63,806 nucleotides of DNA, filler included, from Dugesia japonica (GCA_001938525.1; 6 parts of 6 records of this genome joined end to end with filler, not necessarily neighbours in it); one strand, 5' to 3'. Positions 13,984 to 24,446 are shown, counted from the whole stretch's first letter. Notes: generated from the letters alone by a model not told the origin. Made by a program: numbers and translations.

Positions 13984-16440
13984 TGTCTGTTACCACAAAC
14001 TCCTGAAAATCCTCCTCGAATTCCTTGTTCTATAGTTAGAAACATGTCAAAGTTTAGAGGATTAGCATTTATTAATTCAACTTTAGATAGTTTCATACCA
14101 ATTTCCCATGTTAATCCTGGAGCACTATAACAATATGTGGGATCAATTTCATTCCTATCCATTGATAATTTTCTAAAATTCTCGAAAAAGTCTGCTAGAA
14201 TTAGTACATCAAGTTTCATATAATGTAGAGTATAAGACATTAGATTATCAAATTTCGAATATTCTTTTAAAAATATTTGATAATCTGATTCAGATAGTTT
14301 ACTTTGTCGTAAAACATTAAAAAAGTCATTGATATTTGGTTTATAAAAATTAAATAATTTAGCTTTTACTTCTCTATAATCCTTACCACTTACATAGTCA
14401 TATGGATAGAAACCTTTACATGGTTTGAGAGAAAATGATGAAAGAAGAGGATAGTTATTACTTTTTAATAAATCCTGACCCATCTTTTCTACAGAATGTC
14501 CACTACACATTCTAAGTGAATCTAGAAATCTTAATCTTTCTACTGTAAATGAAATGTAAACATCATCATTTATAGGAATTAAATTACTAATTTTATCAGG
14601 ATGAGATTTACATAATTCTTTAAAAACAAAATGATTATCGAATTTAGAAGCATTATGTGCATAAATTGGAATGAAAAACTTATTAGGATTTTCATATTTC
14701 TTTATACATTTTTGATGTGCATATCCTCTAAAAGTTCCTGTCCAAGGATTTATTGATGAATAATTACATGAAGGTTTGTTTAAATTACAATAATAACACT
14801 TTTCCTCTTTAATACTCTCAATCTTTTCTGAAGTATAACTTTTTACAATTAAATTTTCAAATAATTTATTAAATGTTAATAACCAATTAATAAATTTTGA
14901 TATACAATCTAATCCTGTGAAAGATTGATATATATTTCCAACAGAAAGGATGAGTACTTACAAGATATAATCCTAAACAAAATGGAATTAATTCATGAGA
15001 ATTAGAATATTTATTGATGGAATCAAGTTTATAAGTTTCTATATCAAAGTAAATGGTAAATAAATTCTTATTCTTCATATAAAACTTATTAAATTTATAT
15101 GTTGGATTATTACTAAACTTAATATCTGATGATTTCTGTTTTAAACAAATCTTTTGATGATTTATTAAAGATTCTTTACTACTTTTCCAAATCATACAAT
15201 TAATACACAATTCATTAGTATGATTAGATTTAATATTTATTTTATTTAAATTCCTAATTAAAATATAATGGTTATTCCAATATAACAAATTACATTTATT
15301 AACTTTATGAGAAGGATTAGTTTCAAAGTGAGAACAATAGAGTTTTTGTATTCTAGGCTTTCCAGTTAACTGGCCATTTCCAGTTGAATGAAGAACTTCA
15401 AAGACATTAACTTTAAAATCATTCAATCTTTCAAATTTTGGTATATTTTTTATTTCCATTGGCATATTAATACCTGTCCAATCTAGATTATTTAATAGAA
15501 GATTATTCGTTAGAAGATTATAATTAAAAACTGAATCTCGTAAAATAGGATCAAGATGAGCCATTATACAATATTTAAAACAATTAAAATCACCTTTTGG
15601 ATTTTTAATATTTAGAATTCCTGATACATTATTCCATTCTGATGGTAATGGAGAATAACCTTGACCAGTTAAAGATTCATAATTTGATAATTCAATTGTA
15701 AAAGAATTGAAATTATTAAATGACCATCCTGATCCTTGAGTTTCAGTTGTGAAAATATCTTCTGATAATTGATCCAACATATTATTAATTACATCATTAA
15801 TTTGACTGGGCATTGTTATTTTCTCTGAAGGTGTATCATAATCCTTAATCCAATTTTGTGTATTTGTACTAGTGGCACCAACAAAGTCCTTTGTATATGT
15901 AGTAGAACAAGTAATTAAAACTGCAACTTTTTGAAATTTATTTATAAACAAATTAACCATTTCTTTCATTTCATAAGAATAATCTCTTAATAGATTAAAA
16001 TTAATTCTATGATTAAATTGATATATATTTTCAATAGCTGGTTGATCTTCATTTTTATAAATACTAAAATTTCTTTTCAATTTAATCATTGATTGTTGAC
16101 ATGTTTCAATTTCATATTCTCCAACTGGTTGGTTATAATCTTTAAATAAATCTCTTAGATTCTTAATCGGATTACTTGATTCCTCCGTTTCTGGATAAGA
16201 TTCTTCAGAATCTGAATCTTCTAACTCAGCTACTTTCTCATTATACTTACGTCCTTGTAAATGTCTATTATAATTAACTAAATTATCGAAATTAATATCA
16301 CAAATATGACATCTTCTCCATGAATTTCCTGCATTAATTAATTCAACTTTTCTTAAATGTGGTCTACCTTTTAAATGAGTTTCTAAATGATAAACACTTC
16401 TGAAATGTTGATTACAGATTTCACAAAACTTAGAAACCAA
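13984..16440 (-). pseudogene. Polinton pPolB with two N-terminal C2H2 fingers and a degenerate EndoVII-like insert; frameshift near 14945, 3' truncated
   Basis: Motifs ETQGSGW, NCFKYCI, IYFDIET, KCYYC..WTGTFRGYAHQKC, IYAHNASKFD, RFLDS, KGFYPYDY, YMKLDVLILADFFENFR and GIRGG. Confidence 0.92.
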
Positions 16441-16581
16441 CGTTTTAGCAACACCGCCATGATTATCAACACCACTGTGGTCATTAGCTCTTGCTATTTC
16501 TTAAAGAAATAATTTTGGTCCTACCGATTTTTTAATCATTTCATTTTTTTATATTTTGGTTAAGCTGTCCAGTTAACTGGT

Positions 16582-17235
16582 TCATGAGTAGTGAGTAGTT
16601 TTATTAAACTGTTCAAGTTGTTCAACCCAGTAAACTTGGTCTTGAGTTTGATGCTTCGAGTTAGTTGGATCAGAATGACTTTTTGAGTTAGCTGGATCAG
16701 ATTGATGCTTAAGAAGTTGACTTTTAATATTATTAATTATACCTTTTGAAGTTTTAATTTCTTCATTACTTAATTCATTATTTTCCAAAGCTTTTGTATG
16801 AAAGATGAATAATTTATTTTTAGTTTCTTCTAATAGTTTAATTTTTGCTGTATATTTAATTATTATATTTCTAATTAAACTAATTCTTAAAGATCCATGT
16901 GCTATAGAATAAATAATTGGTATTCCAGTAACTATTCCAGTAACTATTAATGGAATTGTAAAAGATAAAGTACTCATTAATATTATAACACCTGAACCTA
17001 TTCCTACTATAGTAGATATTCCTACATCTGTAAATCTAATACCATTGTCAAATCTAGTCCATCTTTTTAATAATTTCTTATAATGTTTTAATTTATCATC
17101 AACCCATTTTAAATCACTTTCAAAATCTTTTATTCTAGTTCTATTTAATTTATTTTTTAAATCTTGTATTGTACTAGATAATGAATCATCTTTTAAATCT
17201 GTTGATAAATCTGGATACAGTTTATCTGTTGTCAT
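16582..17235 (-). CDS. Polinton membrane protein (GasderminX-like)
   Basis: N-terminal LYPDL, a long Gly-rich hydrophobic segment and KALENNELSNEE, a layout typical of this Polinton ORF family. aaaaaATG start context. Confidence 0.65.
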   Translation of the reverse strand: MTTDKLYPDLSTDLKDDSLSSTIQDLKNKLNRTRIKDFESDLKWVDDKLKHYKKLLKRWTRFDNGIRFTDVGISTIVGIGSGVIILMSTLSFTIPLIVTGIVTGIPIIYSIAHGSLRISLIRNIIIKYTAKIKLLEETKNKLFIFHTKALENNELSNEEIKTSKGIINNIKSQLLKHQSDPANSKSHSDPTNSKHQTQDQVYWVEQLEQFNKTTHYS

Positions 17236-17293
17236 TTTTTATTCATTTAAATTTGGATTGCAAAATTAGAATTAAATTCTACTGTAAGATATT

Positions 17294-18454
17294 CTATTGA
17301 GTTAATATAGCCAATGATTTTAAGAAAGTTTTTTTACTAATGGATATTGAAAATTTTAACCATTTTGTTTTTCCTTTATCTATTTCAATAGACTTTATAT
17401 TAACATAATTTACTTTTTTTTCTAGTCCAGTTAACTCATATATAAAGGATTTAAAAACTATTGGGTTGGATTCATTTTTTATTAAAATTTCAGTATTACT
17501 TGCTTCTGTAGCATATACAAAAAAGAAACTTAATTTCTCTTCTTCTTTTAATAATTCAAAATTTAATATCATATCATTCAATAAGTAGAAAGAAAAAGGA
17601 TATGTTACACTTTCATCATTAGGAAAATATTCCTCCATTCTAAAAGCTTTTAGTTTTTTTATTTTAAAAATTATAACACTTGGTAGATTTTCTAAAACCA
17701 CTTCTACTGTTAATTTAAATATTACATTCTTATTTTTCTTATTATTTTCATCAACCAAGTAATATGGAAAATAATTATCTATTTCTTCTTGTAAAATCTT
17801 AAGTAAATCAGGTGAATAGATTTTCTTTTCTTCTTTTTCATATCTTAATTTAAAATAAATATTATAAAGATAATTAGGATTATGTAAATTTTTAAAACTA
17901 GCTAATTTTTTATATAATTTTGGTAAAGGATCATTTTGTGATTGTAGAAAAAAATCAAATTCATATCTTAATTGGTATTCTTGATCTTTCAATTTGTTGC
18001 ATTTTTCTTCACTACATTTACTTGTTAATTTTTTAACTTCTTTTTCTAATGATCTTGTTTTTTTAGTTAAATCTCTTTCAACAAATTTAATCATATTTAA
18101 TTGAATTATCATATCACTTTTTAGATTTATAAATTTTTTTTTCTTTTCACTTAAACTTAATTTATTACTTTCTAGTAATGTATCTATAGTAACTTGTTGT
18201 CTAGTTACAATTTCATTTTGTTTAACAATTTGTTTATTAATTTCTTTAATTTGTGATTCAACCAACTTGTTTACATAATCTTTATCATCATATTTTTTAT
18301 TTTTAATTTCTTCTTCATGTTCATGAATTTTTAACTTTAAATTAATTTTACTTTACACTTTACCATCAAAAGCTTCAAGTAATTGAAAAGTATTTTTATT
18401 CTCTAAAGTTTCCCCAAACCTATTCATTATTACATTTGAAAAACTATGAGTCAT
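17294..18454 (-). pseudogene. Polinton coiled-coil (possibly fibre-like) protein with one premature stop
   Basis: The 323-aa ORF extends in frame to an ATG at 18454 (MTHSFSNVIMNRFG) through a single TAA near 18354. Confidence 0.55.
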
Positions 18455-18555
18455 TTTTTATAGCTAATTTATTAGAGCCATTCTTTAAAGGTATATTTAA
18501 AGAAGTTCTTTTCTCAAAGAAGTTCTTTAAAGGTATATTTATAGAAGTTCTGTTC

Positions 18556-19080
18556 TCAAAGAAGTTCTTTAAAGGTATATTTTAATTCTTTAATTATCTC
18601 ATCAAAAGAATTATCTTTATTCACAGTTAACTGGATCCTATAAATAAAATAAATACACAACACTCCACAAATTTTTGTTCCCCATGGTTGTACTTGATCT
18701 TTGTTCCATTTAACTTTTGTTTTAACATTATTACTAAAATCATAAATACAATCTAATGGCGGTAACTCATAAGAATCAAAATAATATCCAGTCCAGCTAG
18801 CTGGAAACTGGCCACTTGTCTTAGTTTGATAGTAAGCAACCCAAGGAGATCCTTTTTGATTAGTATTTTGATAGTTGATTATCCAGGAACAAGAACTTCC
18901 AGTTAACTGGGTTGGACAAGAACTTGTTCCTGGGTAAGAACTTACAATATCTTTAAATTCATTGTTCATCACAACATAAATATTAAGATTTAAAAAATTA
19001 GCAATATCCATTAAATCAAAATTAGTTGTAGATGATATACCAAATGTTTTAAGAAAATCTAATATACCCCACTTATCCAT
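18556..19080 (-). CDS. Adenain-like cysteine protease; catalytic His apparently replaced by Pro
   Basis: IINY..KGSPWVAYY (canonical GxHWV), YYFDSYELPP and QVQ...ICGVLCIYF. Confidence 0.85.
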   Translation of the reverse strand: MDKWGILDFLKTFGISSTTNFDLMDIANFLNLNIYVVMNNEFKDIVSSYPGTSSCPTQLTGSSCSWIINYQNTNQKGSPWVAYYQTKTSGQFPASWTGYYFDSYELPPLDCIYDFSNNVKTKVKWNKDQVQPWGTKICGVLCIYFIYRIQLTVNKDNSFDEIIKELKYTFKELL

Positions 19081-19101
19081 TTCTTAATATCTTTATTTTA
19101 T

Positions 19102-19808
19102 TTAATTAACTTGTCTCAAGTGTAATAGTATATTTATTTTTTCTCCATCAAAATCTATTGTATTAAAATTCTCATCTACTATATTTAATTTTATTCTAGA
19201 TATAAAATCTGTATTAATTTTTGAATAAATTGGATTAGCAGGTCTATATGTTATCCTATATCCATAAGGAACTGTACCCATTGGTAAACTGTGTAATAAA
19301 TTATATTCTTTATTATTTAAATAATTACCTTGTACAATATTACAAATAATATTAATTGTATTTATATCAATAATATTAATTTTATTATCTGATATATGAT
19401 TCACATCCTTTTGGATTTTATATACTTGAGGTTTAAATCCTAGAGTAGTATGAAAAAAAGAAGTTGAATCAAATTCAAGATCTATATTATCAATTTTAAT
19501 ATCCTTATTATCAATTTTATTATCAATTTTATTATCAATTTTAGCTTTTCCTGTAGAAACATCAAATGTTAAATTTTCTTTTCTTTTAACTTTTCTGCAA
19601 TCTGTTTTATTTCATAAGCACCAGGAGTTAGTGTTTTTTCTACTCCTCCTAGCTTATATCTATTGTTTTTATTATTAATATTTAAAACCATGTTTGATGT
19701 AGTAAACCAGATTAAATCAATTTCCCATCTTCCTTCTAATTTTAAACCTATTGATAAATTAGTTTCTAATTCATGTTCTTGACCAAATATTAAAAATTGA
19801 TGAGACAT
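19102..19808 (-). pseudogene. Polinton minor capsid protein (penton), frameshifted
   Basis: Motifs LTPGAYEI, LGF, INIICNIVQGNYLN, VPYGYRI..P.NPIY and IVDENFNTIDFDGEKINILLHLR. Confidence 0.85.
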
Positions 19809-19818
19809 TAAACCGAGC

Positions 19819-20901
19819 CTATTTATTATATAAATACTTAGCCTTTAACCTATTATACTTTTCACTTGTTATTATTTTATTATCCAATAGTTTATTAATT
19901 ATTTTTAAAAAATCATTTTCAAGATTATCAGGACCAGCTTTAATTCCTGAAGTAATTATAACAAACTTTTCTAATAACTTTATAGGGTTCTTATGTCCAA
20001 AACCTTCACCTATACCTCTATTATTATCTATAATAGTTTTTTTATCAATAGGCTTTACAATAGGCTTTGCAGTATCAATTTCTTTATAGTCAGGTGGTTG
20101 TTTTAATTTTTTAAATTCTTCATAAAATATTCCTTTTTGTTTACATGCTTTAATATATTTACTTGTATGTGGTATATTAAAATTAAATTCATTTAGATAA
20201 ATTCTTTTAGCTTCATCATCATTAGATCCATATCCAAACATTAAATTTAATACTTCTTGATTAAAAGGTATTTCTTTCTCTCCAACTTGAAAATATTTCT
20301 TTAATTCACCATCTCTTATTCTTTGTTTTAAATAAATTATATCCGATCCAATTTTAAAAGAATCAAAAGTTGCCGAGCCAGCTGGTTCCTCCCAACTAGT
20401 TGGATAATAAATAATATAAGGAATTAAAGTAGGAGGTAAATTATATTTTTTAGTGGGTATTAAATCTTCTTTTTTAATTTTTAATCTATCAGTGATAAGT
20501 CTATCATCCTTAATTCTATCAGTGATAGGTCTATCATCCTTAATTCCAAAATCTTTAATTTTATTAGTAAGTTCTTCAATAGGATCATTTTCAATAGGTT
20601 TTTCAATAGTACCTTCAATAGGATCTTCAATCTTTCTACGTTTAACTTTTTCTTTAATCTTTCTTTCTTCTATTTTAGTAGTACGCTGTCCAACTTGTTG
20701 GCCAGTTAACTGACCAACTGTAGGTTGTCCAACTTGTTGGCCAGGAAGCTGTCCAGTTAACTGGATTAAATTACCCTGAGAACTTAATCCACTTAACTGG
20801 GAATTAAAATAAACTTGTTCACGAATTAAATTATCATATTTCTCTCTTCCTCTAATTTGATCTTTTAAACTTTTTATTCTATCTTGAATCCAGTCTGTCA
20901 T
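19819..20901 (-). CDS. Conserved Polinton protein of unknown function
   Basis: Intact 360-aa ORF. The C-terminal NPIKLLEKFVIITSGIKAGPDNLENDFLKIINKLLDNKII resembles the DPNELxxRLxLLxxxxxAGN motif of Polinton ORFs. Confidence 0.7.
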   Translation of the reverse strand: MTDWIQDRIKSLKDQIRGREKYDNLIREQVYFNSQLSGLSSQGNLIQLTGQLPGQQVGQPTVGQLTGQQVGQRTTKIEERKIKEKVKRRKIEDPIEGTIEKPIENDPIEELTNKIKDFGIKDDRPITDRIKDDRLITDRLKIKKEDLIPTKKYNLPPTLIPYIIYYPTSWEEPAGSATFDSFKIGSDIIYLKQRIRDGELKKYFQVGEKEIPFNQEVLNLMFGYGSNDDEAKRIYLNEFNFNIPHTSKYIKACKQKGIFYEEFKKLKQPPDYKEIDTAKPIVKPIDKKTIIDNNRGIGEGFGHKNPIKLLEKFVIITSGIKAGPDNLENDFLKIINKLLDNKIITSEKYNRLKAKYLYNK

Positions 20902-20931
20902 TTTCTTAACTAGATTTTTGAGGATAGGGTC

Positions 20932-21375
20932 CTAGATATAAACCTTTACCACTTGGTATAATTGAGGTAGTTTATCTTCAACTGGTTTCTGTCCAGTTCC
21001 AGTTCCAGTTAACTGGGTAGACTGTCCAGTATTAGACTGTCCATAATTAGACTGTCCAGTTCCAGTATTAGACTGGATCTGTTTTAGTTGATAATCTAAT
21101 AATTCATTCTTTTTCTGATTAGAAATTGCCTCGCGCGAATTGGAAACTACTTTTGCAATGCCTGCAGCTGCACCTCCAGCTGCGCCTAATCCTGCTAAAA
21201 TACCAGGTATTAAAGCTAATAATGGAAATACTACACCTTCATGTTCAGAGAGCTTTTGTTTTAATATTTCTTTAGTCTTTTTACCTATCCAATAATTTTT
21301 ACTATTTATTTTTATTGATTTAGATTTATCACTACTTATTAAATCTATTAATTCTTTTTCAGTCATTGAGGTCAT
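20932..21375 (-). CDS. Adenovirus pX-like small core/membrane protein
   Basis: HEGVVFPLLALIPGILAGLGAAGGAAAGIAK resembles the GGxLPLLIP..AG motif of pX-like proteins. Confidence 0.65.
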   Translation of the reverse strand: MTSMTEKELIDLISSDKSKSIKINSKNYWIGKKTKEILKQKLSEHEGVVFPLLALIPGILAGLGAAGGAAAGIAKVVSNSREAISNQKKNELLDYQLKQIQSNTGTGQSNYGQSNTGQSTQLTGTGTGQKPVEDKLPQLYQVVKVYI

Positions 21376-21451
21376 TGCAACCGAGCGAAGCGAGGTTTCT
21401 ATTTTTATATATAATAATTTAGACTGGTTGTAGATTCTAGGTGGGCCCAGT

Positions 21452-22231
21452 CTAGAACAAACTATCTACCAACATTTCTTTTTCTTTATCTAGATAAAAA
21501 TAATTATATTTAGTTTTCCAATGGTGATTAGTTTCAAAGTCGTATTCTTCTTTATTATTAAAAATGTTACTAAATAAATCATGATAAACATTATCTTTAT
21601 GTGGTTTACCTAGTTTAAAGAATATAAAACAATTACTATTATTTCTTTTACTATTTTTATCCAAATCATAATATGTTTGAGATATATATATCACATTGCA
21701 ATTATTATGTCTACCTCGAGTAAAATAAGATTTTTGTATATGTTGATTCTTTTCATTTACTACATCATCAAATATTATTAAATCTTTCTTATTTGATGGT
21801 AATTTATCACATGGAATAATTTCAGATGCTTTAGTTGATATTGTTATATTTATTTCTGTATCAACTTCTTGTTTAGTGGCTTGTTCACAATACCAAAAGA
21901 TAATTTCTTGTGGATTTAAATCTTTGAGAATTCTATCTTGTACTTCATCGGAAAATATATTCATTAAATCTTATTTACTTAATCCTTGAGTAAATCCATG
22001 ATATAATAATTGAATCTCAAATTGATTAATAGTAGTAGAAAATAAAATAAAATTATTATAATCTATAAAACCTGGTGTTAGTAAAATTTTTAAAAGTAAT
22101 ACATTTTTATCACATCCAGATGATCCAATTATTAAACATCTAAACTGTGGTGGAAATATTTCATGTTTAAATTTACTTGCACTATTTTTCCATATCGGTA
22201 ATATATTACTTGTAAGATTATCTTTGTTCAT
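21452..22231 (-). pseudogene. A32/FtsK-like packaging ATPase with in-frame stop at 21971 and degenerate Walker A
   Basis: RCLIIGSSGCDKN (Walker A GK lost), LIIFDD (Walker B) and YFTRGRHNNCNVIYISQTYY. The two ORFs are in the same frame. Confidence 0.9.
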
Positions 22232-22257
22232 TTTATTAGAAACTAATTTAGGTTAGG

Positions 22258-23702
22258 TTAAAACTTAGTTTTACTTAACTCATTAGCATAAAATCTTCCT
22301 AATTCAGGATTTCCATCTATATCCATAATACCATAAGTTAATACTCCATCCCATGGTTGTGATGTATTATTTTCTCTATAGATTTTGTATATTGTATAAA
22401 TATTTTTAGACCAATTGATTGTATATCCTTTTTCAAACTTGTTCTTAAATCTAAAGATTCTTACTCTATCTCCAATCTTTAGTTTCCCCTTAACTGGCTT
22501 TTTAAAATCTTTATTACTAGTATTCCATTTAATTGTTTTCTTGTATATTAAGTTGGGGTCTTCACTAGCTTCTTCTGGAGTAATATTAATTGAACCGTGA
22601 ACTGTATTATTATAATCATCAACTATAGATTGTAATAAATCTTGATTCCATTTTTGATTACCTTGTCTTGTAAAAATCTTGTATAATCTTCTTTTAAATG
22701 TTCTAATTACTCGCTCTACAAAAACTGCTTTACCTTGAAGTTCTGTATTTAATGAAGTAGAATATAAATTAATATCATTATCTATACAAAACTCTTTAAA
22801 GATTTTATTGTAAAATTCTCTACCATGATCTACCCATAAATTATTTGGAATACGATTACTTTTTTCTATTATATTTTCTAATCCATCTTTTACTTCTTGT
22901 CCAGTTTTATTATCTAGTACTTGTAAAAATAAAAATCTAGTATATAAATCAATCACTATTAATACTGGTGTCTGGGTTCTTTCTCCAGTTGACTTGAAAC
23001 CACTAGGTGAACCTAAAAACATTAAATCAGCTGACCAAGTTTCATCTTTAAAGAATATTTTTACTTTTAGAAAATGTCCAGTTCTTTTATTAAAAGGTTT
23101 ATGTAATTCATTAGCATGTAGTTCATTAGCATGTAATTCATTAGCATGTAGTTCATTAGCATGTAGTTCATTAGCATGTAATTCATTAGCTTGTCCAGAT
23201 AGCTGGAGTCCACCACCAAACATAATCTTTCCCTTCATTGCTAATTTAACTAGAGCTCTTTGTATCTTTTCTGAAGTTGATGAATTTTCTATATTATTTA
23301 AATCATGAATCATGTTTACATCTGCTAAATGCCTATCTCTAATGTCTTGACCATTATAACTAATATCATGTTTTAGAGCAGCTTCATCTACTCTATTTAC
23401 AGGTTCTTCTCCTGGTTTTGGTTTTAAATTTCCATCATCATCTTGTTCTAATCTTATATCTAATCTAGTTCCTGGTCCAGTGTAATTGTGTTTGAATAAA
23501 TGCCTTTCTCCTGGATATTTTTCTGTTGTAAATGGTTTTAATAAAGTACTTGTTAATTTAGAAGATTGTAGATCTCCTCCTTGAGTCGATTGATCTCCTC
23601 CATCACTTAGACTCTTTTTTAAACATTTTTTTCATGTCTTCTTATATTTGACTTACTTGAATATTTATTACATCTTAAACATAACACTTTTACTTCTACC
23701 AT
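22258..23702 (-). CDS. Zinc finger-phospholipase A2-rve integrase fusion; one frameshift in the A-run at ~23630
   Basis: The frame is open from 23631 to 22258. It encodes HNYTGPGT and VDEAALKHDISY (parvovirus-type PLA2), then the integrase DDE motifs WSADL, WVDHGREF and VERVIRTFK. Upstream, MVEVKVLCLRCNKYSSKSNIRRHEK joins if one A is restored. Confidence 0.88.
23101..23190. repeat. Six 15-bp coding tandem repeats (ANELH x6)
   Basis: atgtaRttcattagc x6. Confidence 0.95.
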
Positions 23703-23724
23703 TTTTATTAATCATATTTTAGCT

Positions 23725-23910
23725 TTACCTAATTATTCTAATACCTTGTCCTTTAATATTCTCTACAAACATTACTTTACCATTTGATATCTTTAATTCT
23801 ACATGCTTCTTTTGAAGTATTAACCAATATAGATTACCACTCATTTCACTATCTTTTGTTATATGACAAGTTAAATCTACATTGTTTACAGTTAATTTTT
23901 TATCTTGTGC
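23725..23910 (-). CDS. Polinton major capsid protein C-terminus (partial, cut by contig end)
   Basis: Open frame ...NNVDLTCHITKDSEMSGNLYWLILQKKHVELKISNGKVMF...IR*. It resembles the last strands of Polinton MCPs and sits first in the gene cluster. Confidence 0.6.
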   Translation of the reverse strand, partial: AQDKKLTVNNVDLTCHITKDSEMSGNLYWLILQKKHVELKISNGKVMFVENIKGQGIRIIR

Positions 23911-24010
23911 NNNNNNNNNNNNNNNNNNNNNNNNNNNNNNNNNNNNNNNNNNNNTTAATTAATTAANNNNNNNNNNNNNNNNNNNNNNNNNNNNNNNNNN
24001 NNNNNNNNNN

Positions 24011-24150
24011 TTAATTTTCCCTTCAATTTTAATAATTAAATCCTCTGCAATCACGCTAACTTTAGCTCCCGTATCTAATAAACAACAAACATGTTTTTTC
24101 TCATAAATATTCAGTAAAATACTGGGCCTACCATTCATTTTATTATAATC
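24011..24150 (-). pseudogene. LTR retrotransposon aspartic protease fragment
   Basis: GRPSILLNIYEKKHVCCLLDTGAKVSVI. Confidence 0.75.
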
Positions 24151-24274
24151 TATCTGATATAACTTCGAATAAATCTTTATTGAATGTCATTAATTAATTG
24201 GAATTTTATTGAGACTATTACATAATCGATTGCATAATGCGGAACTTAAGTATATAAACTATATTCATAGTTTT

Positions 24275-24335
24275 AAACAGTTTGTCTGAAGATGACAGAT
24301 ATATATTCTGTCGAAACTTGTTGTGCTAAATAAAT
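24275..24335 (+). ncRNA. Penelope-type minimal hammerhead ribozyme motif
   Basis: CTGAAGA-T-GACAGA-loop-TCTGTC-GAAA core at 24286-24316. Confidence 0.6.
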
Positions 24336-24404
24336 ATTTAATTAAATGGCGTATTAAATTATTTATAAATAGATTGCGATAATAATAATAATAATAATAA
24401 TATG

Positions 24405-24446
<42 letters not shown>

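Larger units (their letters stand above)
13984..23910 (-). mobile_element. Virus-like Polinton/Maverick (adintovirus-like) element, partly decayed; both native ends missing
   Basis: Ten co-oriented, tightly packed intronless genes including pPolB, protease, penton, ATPase, rve integrase and the MCP C-terminus. Confidence 0.93.

Noticed and set aside
15362-23206. CCA-N6-TGG / GTTAAC as evidence of a restriction-modification system (BstXI/HpaI sites)
   Set aside because: There is no methylase or restriction gene, the host is eukaryotic, and restriction would deplete rather than enrich sites.
20453-23308. Plus-strand ORFs inside the Polinton (20453, 22415, 22994)
   Set aside because: They are antisense shadows of the minus-strand genes with no recognisable motifs.
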